NCBI GenBank assembly: GCA_021162065.1
Contig: JAGGZK010000032.1
Coordinates: 1 to 60,046 of the forward strand
Source: Thermoplasmata archaeon
GTDB taxonomy: Archaea > Thermoplasmatota > E2 > UBA202 > JdFR-43
Direction of reading: 5' to 3'
DNA length: 60,046 bases
The notes under the pieces were generated by a model. It had not been told where the DNA came from and made no database searches. It saw nothing but the letters and a program-made list of their open reading frames with translations. Below are positions 47,185 through 57,146 of the stretch, piece after piece; the first letter of the stretch is position 1; each line of letters begins with the position of its first letter. The position numbers were made by a program, and so were the translations under genes.

Positions 47185-48213
47185 TTAGGAAATTTTTTCC
47201 AGCGCCATTTTCTCCCTGAACTTTCTGACCTCATCCACATCTGGCAGTTTTATGGCAGCACCCTTCCTCTTTAATCTCCTGTTGTACTCCTCAACACCAA
47301 TCTCTTCCAGTATTTCCTTTCCCTTCTCCCTTATCTCGTCGAGTTTTTTATTCACCTCATCAACCGTATTTCTGAGCAGGAGGGCAAGGGATACTAAGGA
47401 AGCATTAAGCCCTCGGGGCAACCCCTCCATGATTATATCCCTATCCGGCACCCTCACACCCCATGAAGGTGGCTCATTAAAATTCGAGATGGGCAGCCCC
47501 ATTCCTGCCTCCAGATAATCCGAGAAGGTGGGATCGAGCTGAATCCATCTGCCGCCTATATAAAATTCCGCACATCCATGGAGTGAATCCAGAAATCCGA
47601 GCATCTGATACGTTTCCATCAGCACGGGGTCATCCTTAAGCATGACATCCACCAGTTCATCTACCGGGGTAAAGGCATACAGGCGATATCTGGCCTTTAT
47701 GCCCGCCGCCCTGGCAAGTGCTATAAAGAGAGACATCTGATCCAAGCATACGCCCCCTTTACTTTTTAATGTGCCCGTTGCCCCTCCCATGGGTTTAAAT
47801 ATGAGATATTTTTGATTTTTGACAAAGTAATAGATTCTTCTGAGATACTCCTCAGTGCTTATTTCTCCAGCCCCAAACTTTCTGGCGAGCGCCCTTATAT
47901 TTTTGTTATCACACTGGCATAACCGGGTGGGGCGAAGATATTTCTCTCTGCTCACATCTGGAAGGGAATCGAAATCCTCTATTTCCAGCATTCTTGTGCT
48001 GCTGTATTCGCTCTCATCCTCCAGATGTTTCCACGGAGCCATCCCCGCCCTCAATCTCCTTTTCCATGCGCCCACATTCTTAACCATGCTTCTGGGATTC
48101 CTGGCTATGGCGTATGAAAGCGGCGCCACCGTCTTCAGCAGATTTCTAACTATGGTCGGTGGGGGTATATCGCCCAGATCCATCTTCTCTCTCACCCATT
48201 TCATTTCAATCAC
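47185..48213 (-). CDS. Transglutaminase-like (papain-fold) protein
   Basis: GVCLDQMSLFIALARAAGIKAR, HGCAEFY, WIQLDPT give a Cys-His-Asp triad; start may be ATG 48204. Confidence 0.88.
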   Translation of the reverse strand: MIEMKWVREKMDLGDIPPPTIVRNLLKTVAPLSYAIARNPRSMVKNVGAWKRRLRAGMAPWKHLEDESEYSSTRMLEIEDFDSLPDVSREKYLRPTRLCQCDNKNIRALARKFGAGEISTEEYLRRIYYFVKNQKYLIFKPMGGATGTLKSKGGVCLDQMSLFIALARAAGIKARYRLYAFTPVDELVDVMLKDDPVLMETYQMLGFLDSLHGCAEFYIGGRWIQLDPTFSDYLEAGMGLPISNFNEPPSWGVRVPDRDIIMEGLPRGLNASLVSLALLLRNTVDEVNKKLDEIREKGKEILEEIGVEEYNRRLKRKGAAIKLPDVDEVRKFREKMALEKIS

Positions 48214-49553
48214 CTCATGCTCTCAACCATAAGCTCCCTCATCAGGTTGCCGCATCCCTTTGCTTCCGCCCCCCGCATCCTTGTTATTTCTCCGTCTATA
48301 ACAATGCCTTCCCTTCCGCATTCGGGGCAGGATTCCAGAAGTTTGACCTTGTCACCGGTAATAATGAAGCCGGGGTAGCTGTTGGCGGCAGGGTCAAGGA
48401 ATGCGAATCTTCCCTCCTCTCCATATCCGACCGGTTCGTAGTTTTCATCCAGGACCATGGGATATATCCAAGGCGGAATATGCTTGTATCTTGCCTCACA
48501 TTCAAGGGCAAGGCCGTTCATCTCCGACATACCATAGACATCCCTGTAATTTTCCTCACCTATGCCGAAATACTCCTTCACCATGCTCGCCATTTCTGAA
48601 GGAGAAATTTTCATACCTTCATGTATCTTCCATCCACCTCCTGTGATGATAACGGAGTTGCTTCTTCCCATGTCGAGATAAACCTCCTCTCCCTTCATTA
48701 TATTCATGAGGTCGTACAGCTGAAAGGGAAATGTTATCATGTACATCTGCTCTCCCTTTTTATCCATCTCCTCCAGCAGGCGCAGCAATTTCATCTGCCC
48801 TTTCTTCATCGCCTTCTGTATCACCAAGAGTTTCATCTTATCCTTTATTCCGTTTATCTGCCCCGCCATGATTTTTATTACATCCATGGTTAACTCCTTC
48901 TCTGTGAGGAAATGGCGATGATCATCGTCTGCCACCTTTGTGCCCTCGGCAACCCATCTCCCCATGGTGAGATATGTTTTTACCGGTCCGGGATATATCA
49001 CATGGGCATTGTCATCTGGCGGGAAGATGGAGAATAGCAGCACTTTATCGGCGGCGTAGAAGTTTCTTTTTCTGGTAACCACATCCCTAAACATAAAACT
49101 GAACTTTCCTGTGGTGCCGGAAGAATGGGTAACGAGTCCATTAAGTTTTTTCTCAGCCCAGGAGAAGAATTCGTTGAGGGATTTGCCCCTGAAGTCATAA
49201 TCACCTATGTCGATTGAGGAAACGGTGTATAACCACTCATACAGCTTCCTCGGCTCCTCACCGGGATAATCCTTGAAGAAGGTGTCGGGAAGCATGGGGA
49301 TTTTTGAAAAATCCTCCTCTCCCTTTATGTCATCGGGTGAAACACCATTATCCTTGCAGTAATTGTGGTAAAAGAGATTGTTGTTGTAATGATGATGGAA
49401 CGCCTCCTTTATGGCCCTGTTTCTTGTCTCTTCCGCCTCCACTCTGCTGTAGAGGAAATAGTCATCCATTCCATATATAAGCCTATCCACTTCCTTCCAC
49501 TCATTCTCCGGTATATAGAAAAGTTCTTTCATACGGGTGAGGAATTTATTCAT
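48210..49553 (-). CDS. LuxE-family acyl-protein synthetase (ANL adenylating enzyme)
   Basis: IPMLP..FK, SSGTTG, TGGGWK, RDVYGMSE, GFIITGD, RMRGAEAKGC (C-terminal acylation Cys). Confidence 0.88.
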   Translation of the reverse strand: MNKFLTRMKELFYIPENEWKEVDRLIYGMDDYFLYSRVEAEETRNRAIKEAFHHHYNNNLFYHNYCKDNGVSPDDIKGEEDFSKIPMLPDTFFKDYPGEEPRKLYEWLYTVSSIDIGDYDFRGKSLNEFFSWAEKKLNGLVTHSSGTTGKFSFMFRDVVTRKRNFYAADKVLLFSIFPPDDNAHVIYPGPVKTYLTMGRWVAEGTKVADDDHRHFLTEKELTMDVIKIMAGQINGIKDKMKLLVIQKAMKKGQMKLLRLLEEMDKKGEQMYMITFPFQLYDLMNIMKGEEVYLDMGRSNSVIITGGGWKIHEGMKISPSEMASMVKEYFGIGEENYRDVYGMSEMNGLALECEARYKHIPPWIYPMVLDENYEPVGYGEEGRFAFLDPAANSYPGFIITGDKVKLLESCPECGREGIVIDGEITRMRGAEAKGCGNLMRELMVESMR

Positions 49554-49586
49554 GGGAAGCAAAAGATGGAAACAAATATAATGTTT

Positions 49587-49610
49587 CTTTAAAGCCATCT
49601 TTAAAGCCAT
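49587..49610. repeat. 12-bp tandem direct repeat in a divergent promoter
   Basis: CTTTAAAGCCAT twice, adjacent to the GAAACA-N7-TGTTTC palindrome at 49569-49587. Confidence 0.6.
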
Positions 49611-49701
49611 TAAAATTTTGTTATACTGTTCCAGCGCCATAAATCCACAATTTCCGACTTAACCGAAACATTTATAAACTCTTTTACATTTTGATAGCAT
49701 T

Positions 49702-50103
49702 ATGCTATCAAACCCACCCATAATCCTGGTTGTTGAGGACGACAAGCTCATTCAGGATTTAATAGAGAAATGGTTATCCACTCTGGGGGTGGAGCTGCAT
49801 TTCGCCTCCAACGGGCTGGAAGGAGTAAGAAAATACGAGGAGCTAACCAGGGCAGGAAGAAGGCCCGATCTGGTTGTCATGGATATAGGATTGCCGATAA
49901 TGGATGGAGTGGAAGCAACGAGAGAAATAATGAAAATAGATCCTGAGGCGAGGATATATGGCTTCACCGCCTTCTACGGCACCCATAAAGCGGAGCAGCT
50001 GCTAAATGCGGGGGCCATCGATGTCATACCGCGCTCCGTGGGCTTTGAAATATTCACCAGAGTCATCAGAGATGCCCTCATGGAGGAAGCCATGATGCAT
50101 TAA
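49702..50103 (+). CDS. Stand-alone response regulator receiver (CheY-like)
   Basis: LVVEDD, VVMDIGLPIMDG, FTA; the conserved KP appears replaced (IPRS). Confidence 0.88.
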   Translation: MLSNPPIILVVEDDKLIQDLIEKWLSTLGVELHFASNGLEGVRKYEELTRAGRRPDLVVMDIGLPIMDGVEATREIMKIDPEARIYGFTAFYGTHKAEQLLNAGAIDVIPRSVGFEIFTRVIRDALMEEAMMH

Positions 50104-50546
50104 TTGCCCAGCATGTCTCTTTTGATTTCATCAAAGAGCTCATCCACGTTGTTGAAATTCTTCACTCCAACCTCCCAGGTCATCAGCCCATACACTCTTT
50201 TTCCAAATTCGAGAGCATATGCTATCTCCGATAAAGTGCCGTAATGGCCATCCACCGCTATCACTATATCCCCGTTCATGGCAACCATGGCATTTCTTGC
50301 GTAACCTATCCCTGTAACTATTACATAATCGAGATACGGGTTTCCTTCCTCCCTGTCCTCTCCGGGAAGAATGCCTATGGTCACATCACCCTCCTCCTTT
50401 GCCCCCTTGGCGGCAGCCTCCATAACACCCCCTCTGCCTCCTGTTATGAGGACGGCGCCCATTCTTGCCACCCTTCTTCCAACCTCCTCCGCCATTTCAT
50501 ATATCTCGGGGCTGCAGTTCTCTCCGCCCACCACGCTTACATACAT
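50100..50546 (-). CDS. TIGR00725 family (LOG/SLOG) protein
   Basis: TGGRGGVMEAAAKGA, GILP, ARNA, GTLSEI. Confidence 0.88.
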   Translation of the reverse strand: MYVSVVGGENCSPEIYEMAEEVGRRVARMGAVLITGGRGGVMEAAAKGAKEEGDVTIGILPGEDREEGNPYLDYVIVTGIGYARNAMVAMNGDIVIAVDGHYGTLSEIAYALEFGKRVYGLMTWEVGVKNFNNVDELFDEIKRDMLGN

Positions 50547-50620
50547 GCTATTTTTATGGGAAATGCGTTAAAAGAATTTGCCCTCAAAATTTTAAAAGGG
50601 ATGAATGCATATCAAATTGA

Positions 50621-51730
50621 ATGAGGATTCTGCATGTCGCCGACACCCATCTTGGCTATTCCGCTTACCATAAGCTTGCTGACAACGGCATAAACCAGAG
50701 GGAGATGGACACCTACAATGCCTTCAAAGAGGTGATAGATTATGCCCTCCAGCACAGACCAGATATTTTCATCCATGCGGGCGACCTCTTCGACACCATA
50801 AGGCCCAGCAACAGGGCCATCTACTTTGCCCTTCAGCAACTGCTTCGCCTCTCTAAAGCAAAGATTCCCACCATAATCATCTCCGGCAATCACGAAACGC
50901 CCAAATTGAGGGAGACAGGAAGCGTTTTCAGATTATTTGAGCATCTTGATAACATCTACCCTGTTTACCGAGGGAAACTGGAGGTTATTGAGATAGGAGA
51001 TGCAAAAATACATGCAGTTCCCCACTGCCATTCCACTGATGAACTTAAAAAGAATATAGAGGAGGCCACCCCGGAAGAGGGGAGAGTAAACATAATGGTG
51101 CTTCACGTGGGGGTGATGGGGATAAAGGATTTCAGCTACACCAGGGGAGACTTCAACGAGCAGGTGGTGCCGGCGGGTTATCTCTCCCCAGCATTTGATT
51201 ACATCGCCTTAGGGCATTATCACAGGGCAACGGAGGTAACGGCAAACTCCTTCTATTCTGGCTCCACCGAGCATTTTTCATTTAAGGAGGCGGGGGAAAC
51301 AAAGGGATTCTACGTGGTGGAGATTGGCGATAGCCTAAAAACAAATTTTGTACCCGTGAACGCCAGGGAGATGCTCGATATGGGGACCATAGATTGCTCT
51401 TCTCTTACTGCTGAGGAGGTGGAGAAGGCCATAATCGAAAAACTTGGTGGGGAGATAGAGGATAAAATAATAAGGGTGAGACTCGCCAGAATCGAAAGGG
51501 GAAAATACAAACAGATTTCCTGGGAAAGGATAAAGAGGGTTGCCTCCCCCGCCCTTCACTTCGAGATAGATTATGACCTGAAGGAGATGGAGCAGGAATT
51601 GATGGGGAGGAGCAGAATTGGTAGCCTGGAAGAGGAATGGAAGGAGTTTATCAAACAGGTGCCTATTGAGCACGATAGAGAGGAAATAGAGAAACTTGCC
51701 CTCAAATATCTCTCGGAGGTGAGTTCTTGA
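50621..51730 (+). CDS. mre11: Mre11/SbcD nuclease
   Basis: ADTHLG, AGDLFD, GNHE, YIALGHYH, YSGS. Confidence 0.92.
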   Translation: MRILHVADTHLGYSAYHKLADNGINQREMDTYNAFKEVIDYALQHRPDIFIHAGDLFDTIRPSNRAIYFALQQLLRLSKAKIPTIIISGNHETPKLRETGSVFRLFEHLDNIYPVYRGKLEVIEIGDAKIHAVPHCHSTDELKKNIEEATPEEGRVNIMVLHVGVMGIKDFSYTRGDFNEQVVPAGYLSPAFDYIALGHYHRATEVTANSFYSGSTEHFSFKEAGETKGFYVVEIGDSLKTNFVPVNAREMLDMGTIDCSSLTAEEVEKAIIEKLGGEIEDKIIRVRLARIERGKYKQISWERIKRVASPALHFEIDYDLKEMEQELMGRSRIGSLEEEWKEFIKQVPIEHDREEIEKLALKYLSEVSS

Positions 51731-54126
51731 GGCTTATATCCATGGAACTCCACAATTTCAGGAAGTTCAAACATGCTGAGATAAATTTTCCCGAGGGCAT
51801 AATGGGGCTGGTGGGCAGCAATGGAGCCGGTAAATCCACCATTATAGAGGCGATAGGATGGGCCATCTACGGCAACCGAGCGGCAAGAACAAAGAAGGAC
51901 ATGATAAAGAGGCAAAATGCTTCTCCTAATGAAGAGTGCTGGGTAAAACTGGTTTTTGAAATGGGGGGAAATGTGTATGAGGTCTTCCGCATGATAACCA
52001 GAAACTCCACGGATGCAAGGGTGAAGGTGAATGGAAGAATCACCGCATCCTCCACTCAAGGCGTAACAGAATACCTGGAGAAGATGCTCGGCATGGACTA
52101 TGATTCCTTTTACACATCCATAGTGGCAAGGCAGCAGGAGCTCAACGCCCTATCAAACAAACAGCCCGGGGAGAGGAAAAAGAGCATGATGAAGATGCTC
52201 GGCATAGACGTGCTGGATGACGCCATAAAGAGGGTGAGAGAGGACAGGAGAAGCATGGAGAGGAGCGTGGAATATCTCGAGCAGAATCTGAAGGATATGG
52301 AGGAACTTGAAAGGACAAGGGAGGAATTGAAAAAGAAAAGGGAGGAGTACGTAAAAAGAACGGAGGAACTGTATCAGAGCAGGGAGAGGGCGGAGGAAGC
52401 GAAGAGGAAAGCAGAGGAGAGGAGGAGGGAGGAGAGGGAAAAGGCGGAGAAATTCAAGAAACTGGACGGAAAGAGGAACATTCTGAGGGAAAGGAAGGAA
52501 GGAAAGGAAAGGATGGCGATGAAGAAAGAAAAGGAACTGGAGGAGCTGACGGCAAAGGAGGAAGAGTATGCCCGTCTGAAGATATATGTGGAGGAGTACA
52601 GGAAATTGAAGGAGAAGAAAGAGCAGATGGAGGAGGCGAGGAGGGCCTATCTGGAAAGAAAGAGTCTGGAGGAGCAGATAAAGGAGATTGAGGAGGAGTT
52701 GAAGAATCTGGATGGGACAATACAGAGATTGGAAAAGCAAATGGAAGGCATGGCAGAGGAGGAGGCGCTGGAAAGGGTAAGAAAGGAAAGAAAGGAGATT
52801 CAGGGCAGAATAAAAGCGATGGAAATGGAGAGGGAAAGGATAGGGGCAGAGATAAAATCACTGGAGAGAAGGAAGAAGGAGATGGAAAGGAAGAGGGAAG
52901 AGATGGAAAATCTGGGGCCCGAGAGCAATTGCCCCACCTGTGGAAGGCCTCTGGGAGAGGTGTATGAGGAGATTCTTGAAGAATATGTGGGAGAAATTTC
53001 TGAAATTGAGAAGGAAATGAGGAGGATGGAGGAAGAGAAGGAGGCCTTAACCAGAGAACTGGAGGCGCTCCGGGAAAGAGAGATGGAAGCGGAGAAAACG
53101 GAGAGGGAAAAGGAAGAGGAGGTGAGGGAGCGGGGCAACATTGTGATAAAAATAAAGTCATATATGGAAAATAAAGAGGAGAAGAGGGCAAAAAGGGAGG
53201 AGATGAAAAGGAAAATTTCTCTGCTAGGAGAATTTGTGTTTGATGAAAACACCTATCAAAAACTGGTTTCTGACCTGGAGCGGGTGGAGAAACTGAAGGA
53301 TAAAGCCATAGTGCTGGAAGGAGAGATAAGCAAAATACCTTCCCTTCGGGAAGAGATGGAACTGCTGAGGAAGGATATAGAACAGATTGGGGAGGAAATT
53401 GCCGAATGCGAGAGAGAAATTGAAAAAATCAACTTTATTCCCGAGGAATATGAGAGGGTGGAGAGGGAATATGAGGAGGCCATAAATCTCCTTAACTCCA
53501 TAAATGTGGAGATAACCCGCATAGAGGGGAAGATAGAAACGGTGGAGGCGGAGATAAAAAAAGTTGAGGAGGAGATGGAGGAGCAGAAGGAGATGAGGGA
53601 TAAAATAAAGGAGATGAGAAAACAGATTGGAATGCTTGAAACTCTGGCTGGGGACAGGGATACAGGCCTCCTCAACAATTTCAAAAACTATCTCATATCA
53701 AAAATAGGGCCACTCCTCTCCCATTACGCATCCCACTTTCTCTCCCTCTTCACCGATGGGAAATACAAGGAAATAGAGATAGATGACAACTACAACATAT
53801 TGATATATGACAGGGGGGAAAAATTTGAGCTTGACAGGTTTTCAGGAGGGGAAAAGGATGTTGCCAACCTTTCCCTCCGCCTTGCCATCTCCGAGTTGAT
53901 AGTGCAGCGCTCCGATGTGGTCTTCGAGTTCATCGCTCTGGATGAAATATTCGGCTCCCAGGATAGAGAAAGGCGGAAAAACATACTCAATGCCTTGGCG
54001 GAGTTGAAGAAGCAGTTCAGACAGATTATACTCATAACCCACATAGATGAGATAAAGGAGGCGATGGAGCACATAATAAGGGTGTACGAGGATGATGAGG
54101 GCATTTCCCACATATCCATTGAATAA
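51727..54126 (+). CDS. rad50: Rad50/SbcC SMC-like ATPase
   Basis: GSNGAGKST, Q-loop, long coiled coil with CPTCG zinc hook, FSGGE, LDE, ITH; TTG start overlapping the mre11 stop. Confidence 0.93.
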   Translation: MRLISMELHNFRKFKHAEINFPEGIMGLVGSNGAGKSTIIEAIGWAIYGNRAARTKKDMIKRQNASPNEECWVKLVFEMGGNVYEVFRMITRNSTDARVKVNGRITASSTQGVTEYLEKMLGMDYDSFYTSIVARQQELNALSNKQPGERKKSMMKMLGIDVLDDAIKRVREDRRSMERSVEYLEQNLKDMEELERTREELKKKREEYVKRTEELYQSRERAEEAKRKAEERRREEREKAEKFKKLDGKRNILRERKEGKERMAMKKEKELEELTAKEEEYARLKIYVEEYRKLKEKKEQMEEARRAYLERKSLEEQIKEIEEELKNLDGTIQRLEKQMEGMAEEEALERVRKERKEIQGRIKAMEMERERIGAEIKSLERRKKEMERKREEMENLGPESNCPTCGRPLGEVYEEILEEYVGEISEIEKEMRRMEEEKEALTRELEALREREMEAEKTEREKEEEVRERGNIVIKIKSYMENKEEKRAKREEMKRKISLLGEFVFDENTYQKLVSDLERVEKLKDKAIVLEGEISKIPSLREEMELLRKDIEQIGEEIAECEREIEKINFIPEEYERVEREYEEAINLLNSINVEITRIEGKIETVEAEIKKVEEEMEEQKEMRDKIKEMRKQIGMLETLAGDRDTGLLNNFKNYLISKIGPLLSHYASHFLSLFTDGKYKEIEIDDNYNILIYDRGEKFELDRFSGGEKDVANLSLRLAISELIVQRSDVVFEFIALDEIFGSQDRERRKNILNALAELKKQFRQIILITHIDEIKEAMEHIIRVYEDDEGISHISIE

Positions 54127-54159
54127 AAGATATATACGGATTTATTTTAACACACTAAG

Positions 54160-54231
54160 GGGCCGGTAGATCAGTGGAAGATCGCTTGCTTCGCGAGCAA
54201 GAGGTCGCGGGTTCAAATCCCGCCCGGTCCA
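54160..54231 (+). tRNA. tRNA-Ala(CGC)
   Basis: GGGCCGG/CCGGTCC with G3:U70; CTTGC-TTCGCGA-GCAAG anticodon arm. Confidence 0.95.
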
Positions 54232-54301
54232 TTTTCATTTTAAGATAGGGTTGCGTAGATACCATGCAAACATTTTTTATTCCCGAAATATTTCATTATT
54301 G

Positions 54302-54850
54302 ATGGAGAGAGTTCGCATAAGGGACATAATGAACTATAATCCCGTGATAATAAACGGCAAGGCAAGTGTGCTGGATGCTGCCAAGGAGATGAAAAGTGAG
54401 AAGGTGGGCAGCATTATAGTTGTGGAGAACGGGAAGCCCACAGGAATTCTTACAGAGAGCGACATACTGAGGAAAATTGTGGCCGAGGAAAAAAATCCTG
54501 CCGATGTCACTGTCGATAAAATCATGAGTTCCCCTCTCATCACCATCTCCCCAGATGCAGGAATGGACGAAGCAGTGAGGATAATGGGGAAACACATGAT
54601 AAGAAGATTACCTGTGGTGGAGAATGACAAACTCGTGGGGATGGTCACGGAAAGGGACATAATGGTCATATCTCCTCTTCTCATGGACATAGTGGAGGAG
54701 TGGGCGGAGATCACGAGGGAAAAACTGGAATACAAGAGGGGTGAGAAATATTTCCCCGGTAAATGCGAGGAGTGCGGGATGCTCACCACCCGTCTTCGCA
54801 ATGTCAATGGGCGTCTCTTATGCGAATCCTGTGCGGAAATGATGAGGTGA
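54302..54850 (+). CDS. CBS-pair protein with C-terminal zinc ribbon
   Basis: Two CBS motifs plus GKCEECG..LLCESC. Confidence 0.88.
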   Translation: MERVRIRDIMNYNPVIINGKASVLDAAKEMKSEKVGSIIVVENGKPTGILTESDILRKIVAEEKNPADVTVDKIMSSPLITISPDAGMDEAVRIMGKHMIRRLPVVENDKLVGMVTERDIMVISPLLMDIVEEWAEITREKLEYKRGEKYFPGKCEECGMLTTRLRNVNGRLLCESCAEMMR

Positions 54851-54856
54851 TTTGTT

Positions 54857-55651
54857 ATGAAAGTGAAAGATGTGATGACGAAGGAAATTATTTATGTGAG
54901 TAAAGGGGACGATCTCTACCATGTGCTTACTCTTATGGAAAAGCACAACATAACCAAACTCCCCGTGCTGGATGATGGCAAAATAGCGGGCATAGTGACG
55001 GATAATCAGATAGCAGAGAAGCTGGGGAGTTTCAGAAGCAAGGGAGTGCCTGCATCACGCATGCATGCCTCAACTGTAATGGAAAAGGATTTTGAGAGGA
55101 TTTCCCCGGATACGGAGATAAAGGAGATTCTCAAGAGTGTAGGTGAGCCAGGGCCAACAATGCTTCCCGTTGTTGTGGACGATGCCCTTGTTGGAGTTGT
55201 CACCAAGGCGGATTTGCTTCCTCTTGTGAAAAGCGAGGAAAGCATAGAGAAGATAATGAAGGAAAATGTTATTACCGTAAAGCCGGGGGACAGGGTAATA
55301 CATGCGCGCCGCCTGATGATGGAGAATGATGTGGCCCGCCTGCCTGTGGTGGATGAGGGCAAGGTTGTGGGCATCATATCTGATAAGGAGATAGCCTTTG
55401 CCCTGGCCAGCATCAAAAAGAGTTTTCCCATGGGGAAGCAGCAGAATCAGCTGAGAAATCTGCTGGTGAAGGATGTGATGAAGAGCAACGTTGTCACGGC
55501 AAAGAGGGACATATCCATAAAGGAGGCGGCACAAATCATGATGGAAGAGGAGGTGGGCTGCATACCCATCGTCGATGATGATGGAAAAATCGAGGGCATA
55601 GTCACAAGAACGGACCTGCTTCACCATCTAAGGGAAGAAATGGAGTCATAG
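54857..55651 (+). CDS. CBS domain protein (4 CBS)
   Basis: VKDVM, KLPV, RLPV, GIVTRTDL repeats. Confidence 0.9.
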   Translation: MKVKDVMTKEIIYVSKGDDLYHVLTLMEKHNITKLPVLDDGKIAGIVTDNQIAEKLGSFRSKGVPASRMHASTVMEKDFERISPDTEIKEILKSVGEPGPTMLPVVVDDALVGVVTKADLLPLVKSEESIEKIMKENVITVKPGDRVIHARRLMMENDVARLPVVDEGKVVGIISDKEIAFALASIKKSFPMGKQQNQLRNLLVKDVMKSNVVTAKRDISIKEAAQIMMEEEVGCIPIVDDDGKIEGIVTRTDLLHHLREEMES

Positions 55652-57112
55652 AAGAGGCATCTCTCGAAGCCACGATATGTCGCTGAAATAAAGCATTCTT
55701 ATGTCCTTAAGGCCAAGTATAATCATGGCCATCCTCTCCAGCCCCAGCCCCCAGGCCAGCACCGGCTCTTTTACACCGAAGGGCAGCGTAACTTCGGGCC
55801 TGAATATTCCTGCTCCTCCCAGTTCAATCCATTTACCCTGCCACTCCACCTCTATTTCCAGAGAGGGTTCTGTGTAGGGAAAATAGGAGGGCCTGAATCT
55901 TATATTCTCAAAACCCATCTTGGTGTAGAACTCTCGCAGTATGCCCTTCAACATGGGAAAGTTTGCATCTCTTTCATAAACTATCCCCTCCACCTGGTGA
56001 AACTCCGGAAGATGGGTGGAATCTATGCTCTCCCTTCTGAAAACCCTCTCGACGGAGAAAACCTTTGCCGGCGGCTCGGGGTGCATGGCGAGATATCTTA
56101 TTGTGTTCACCGTGGAATGGGTTCTGAGAAGTGCCCTTCTGCTTTCCTCTCTGTTGAACTTGTATCCCCATCCCTTTGAACCTGTCTCGCCTCCATCCTC
56201 ATGCACCCTCGCTATTTTTTCTATGAGTGAGTCCTCCACATCAATGGTGGACGGCCTTCTGCAGTAAAAGGTGTCCTGCATGTCCCGTGCAGGATGATCC
56301 TGCGGGATGAATAACGCATCCATATTCCAGAAGCAGGACTCCACATAACTCCCCTTTATCTCCGTGAACCCCATCTCGGCAAATATTCTTCTTATCTTTT
56401 CGATGAGCTGATTAAGGGGATGAAGTTTTCCAGGATATACGGAGGGAGCAAATGCCCTCACGTCATATTTCCTGAATTTCTTGTTTTTCCACTCCCCACT
56501 TTTTATCATCTCCGGTGTTAGTTGAGAAATCTCCTCCTCAATGGTTATCCCCTTGTTATATACATCCCATCCCTCCTCAGTTAAGATTATATTCCTGACG
56601 ATTCTTTCCCTCTCCCTTATCGCCTTCCTTTTTTTGAGGATGGATAGCAGTTCCTCGTCTATGTCGATGTCGCCCCCTTCTATTCTTTCAAGCGCCTCCT
56701 CCTCCGGCTGCTTTTTCTTCGCCTCCTCCCTCCCCTTTTCTGTCACAACAAGGAATTTCTCATCGCCCTCCTTCACTATCTCGCACCACCCCTTCCTTTT
56801 CGCCCATCCCACCGCTATTGCTGCCTCCTTTCCGAATTTCTCGTCCAGTTCACGCAGGGAAACTTTATCGACTCCCTGAAGAATTTTTTTCTCCGGCAGC
56901 CCCTCCTCTAGAAATCTCTGCCCCTCCTCCGTGACTTCATATTCCTTAAAAAGGTTTTCCTCCACCCTCACCAGTCCCTTGCTCTGGAGCCAGGAGGCGG
57001 CGTTCATGGTTTTCACCATCTCCATGTCCACCTCCTCCGGCATTGCTCTGCCGCCATGTTCTCCGAGAAACAGAAGTAGTTTTTTTTCCATGGGGGAAAG
57101 TGCTTCCATCAA
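55646..57112 (-). CDS. pheS: Phenylalanyl-tRNA synthetase alpha subunit
   Basis: WNMDALFIPQDHPARDMQDTF, FRRE..HLPEFHQVEG, YFPYTEPS, WGLGLER. Confidence 0.97.
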   Translation of the reverse strand: MMEALSPMEKKLLLFLGEHGGRAMPEEVDMEMVKTMNAASWLQSKGLVRVEENLFKEYEVTEEGQRFLEEGLPEKKILQGVDKVSLRELDEKFGKEAAIAVGWAKRKGWCEIVKEGDEKFLVVTEKGREEAKKKQPEEEALERIEGGDIDIDEELLSILKKRKAIRERERIVRNIILTEEGWDVYNKGITIEEEISQLTPEMIKSGEWKNKKFRKYDVRAFAPSVYPGKLHPLNQLIEKIRRIFAEMGFTEIKGSYVESCFWNMDALFIPQDHPARDMQDTFYCRRPSTIDVEDSLIEKIARVHEDGGETGSKGWGYKFNREESRRALLRTHSTVNTIRYLAMHPEPPAKVFSVERVFRRESIDSTHLPEFHQVEGIVYERDANFPMLKGILREFYTKMGFENIRFRPSYFPYTEPSLEIEVEWQGKWIELGGAGIFRPEVTLPFGVKEPVLAWGLGLERMAMIILGLKDIRMLYFSDISWLREMPLL

Positions 57113-57146
57113 TTTGAATAGGAGCAGGATATAAATGGATTTCTTT

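Noticed and set aside
48210..49553. Bioluminescence (lux) operon
   Set aside because: No luxA, luxB, luxC or luxD in the window.
52153..53684. Low-complexity Pro/Ser/Phe/Leu-rich minus-strand ORFs and purine-rich repetitive DNA
   Set aside because: Reverse complement of the Glu/Lys/Arg coiled coil of Rad50; not a repeat element.
50621..54126. mre11-rad50 without herA-nurA as a novel system
   Set aside because: Stand-alone SbcCD-like pairs are common and all motifs are canonical.
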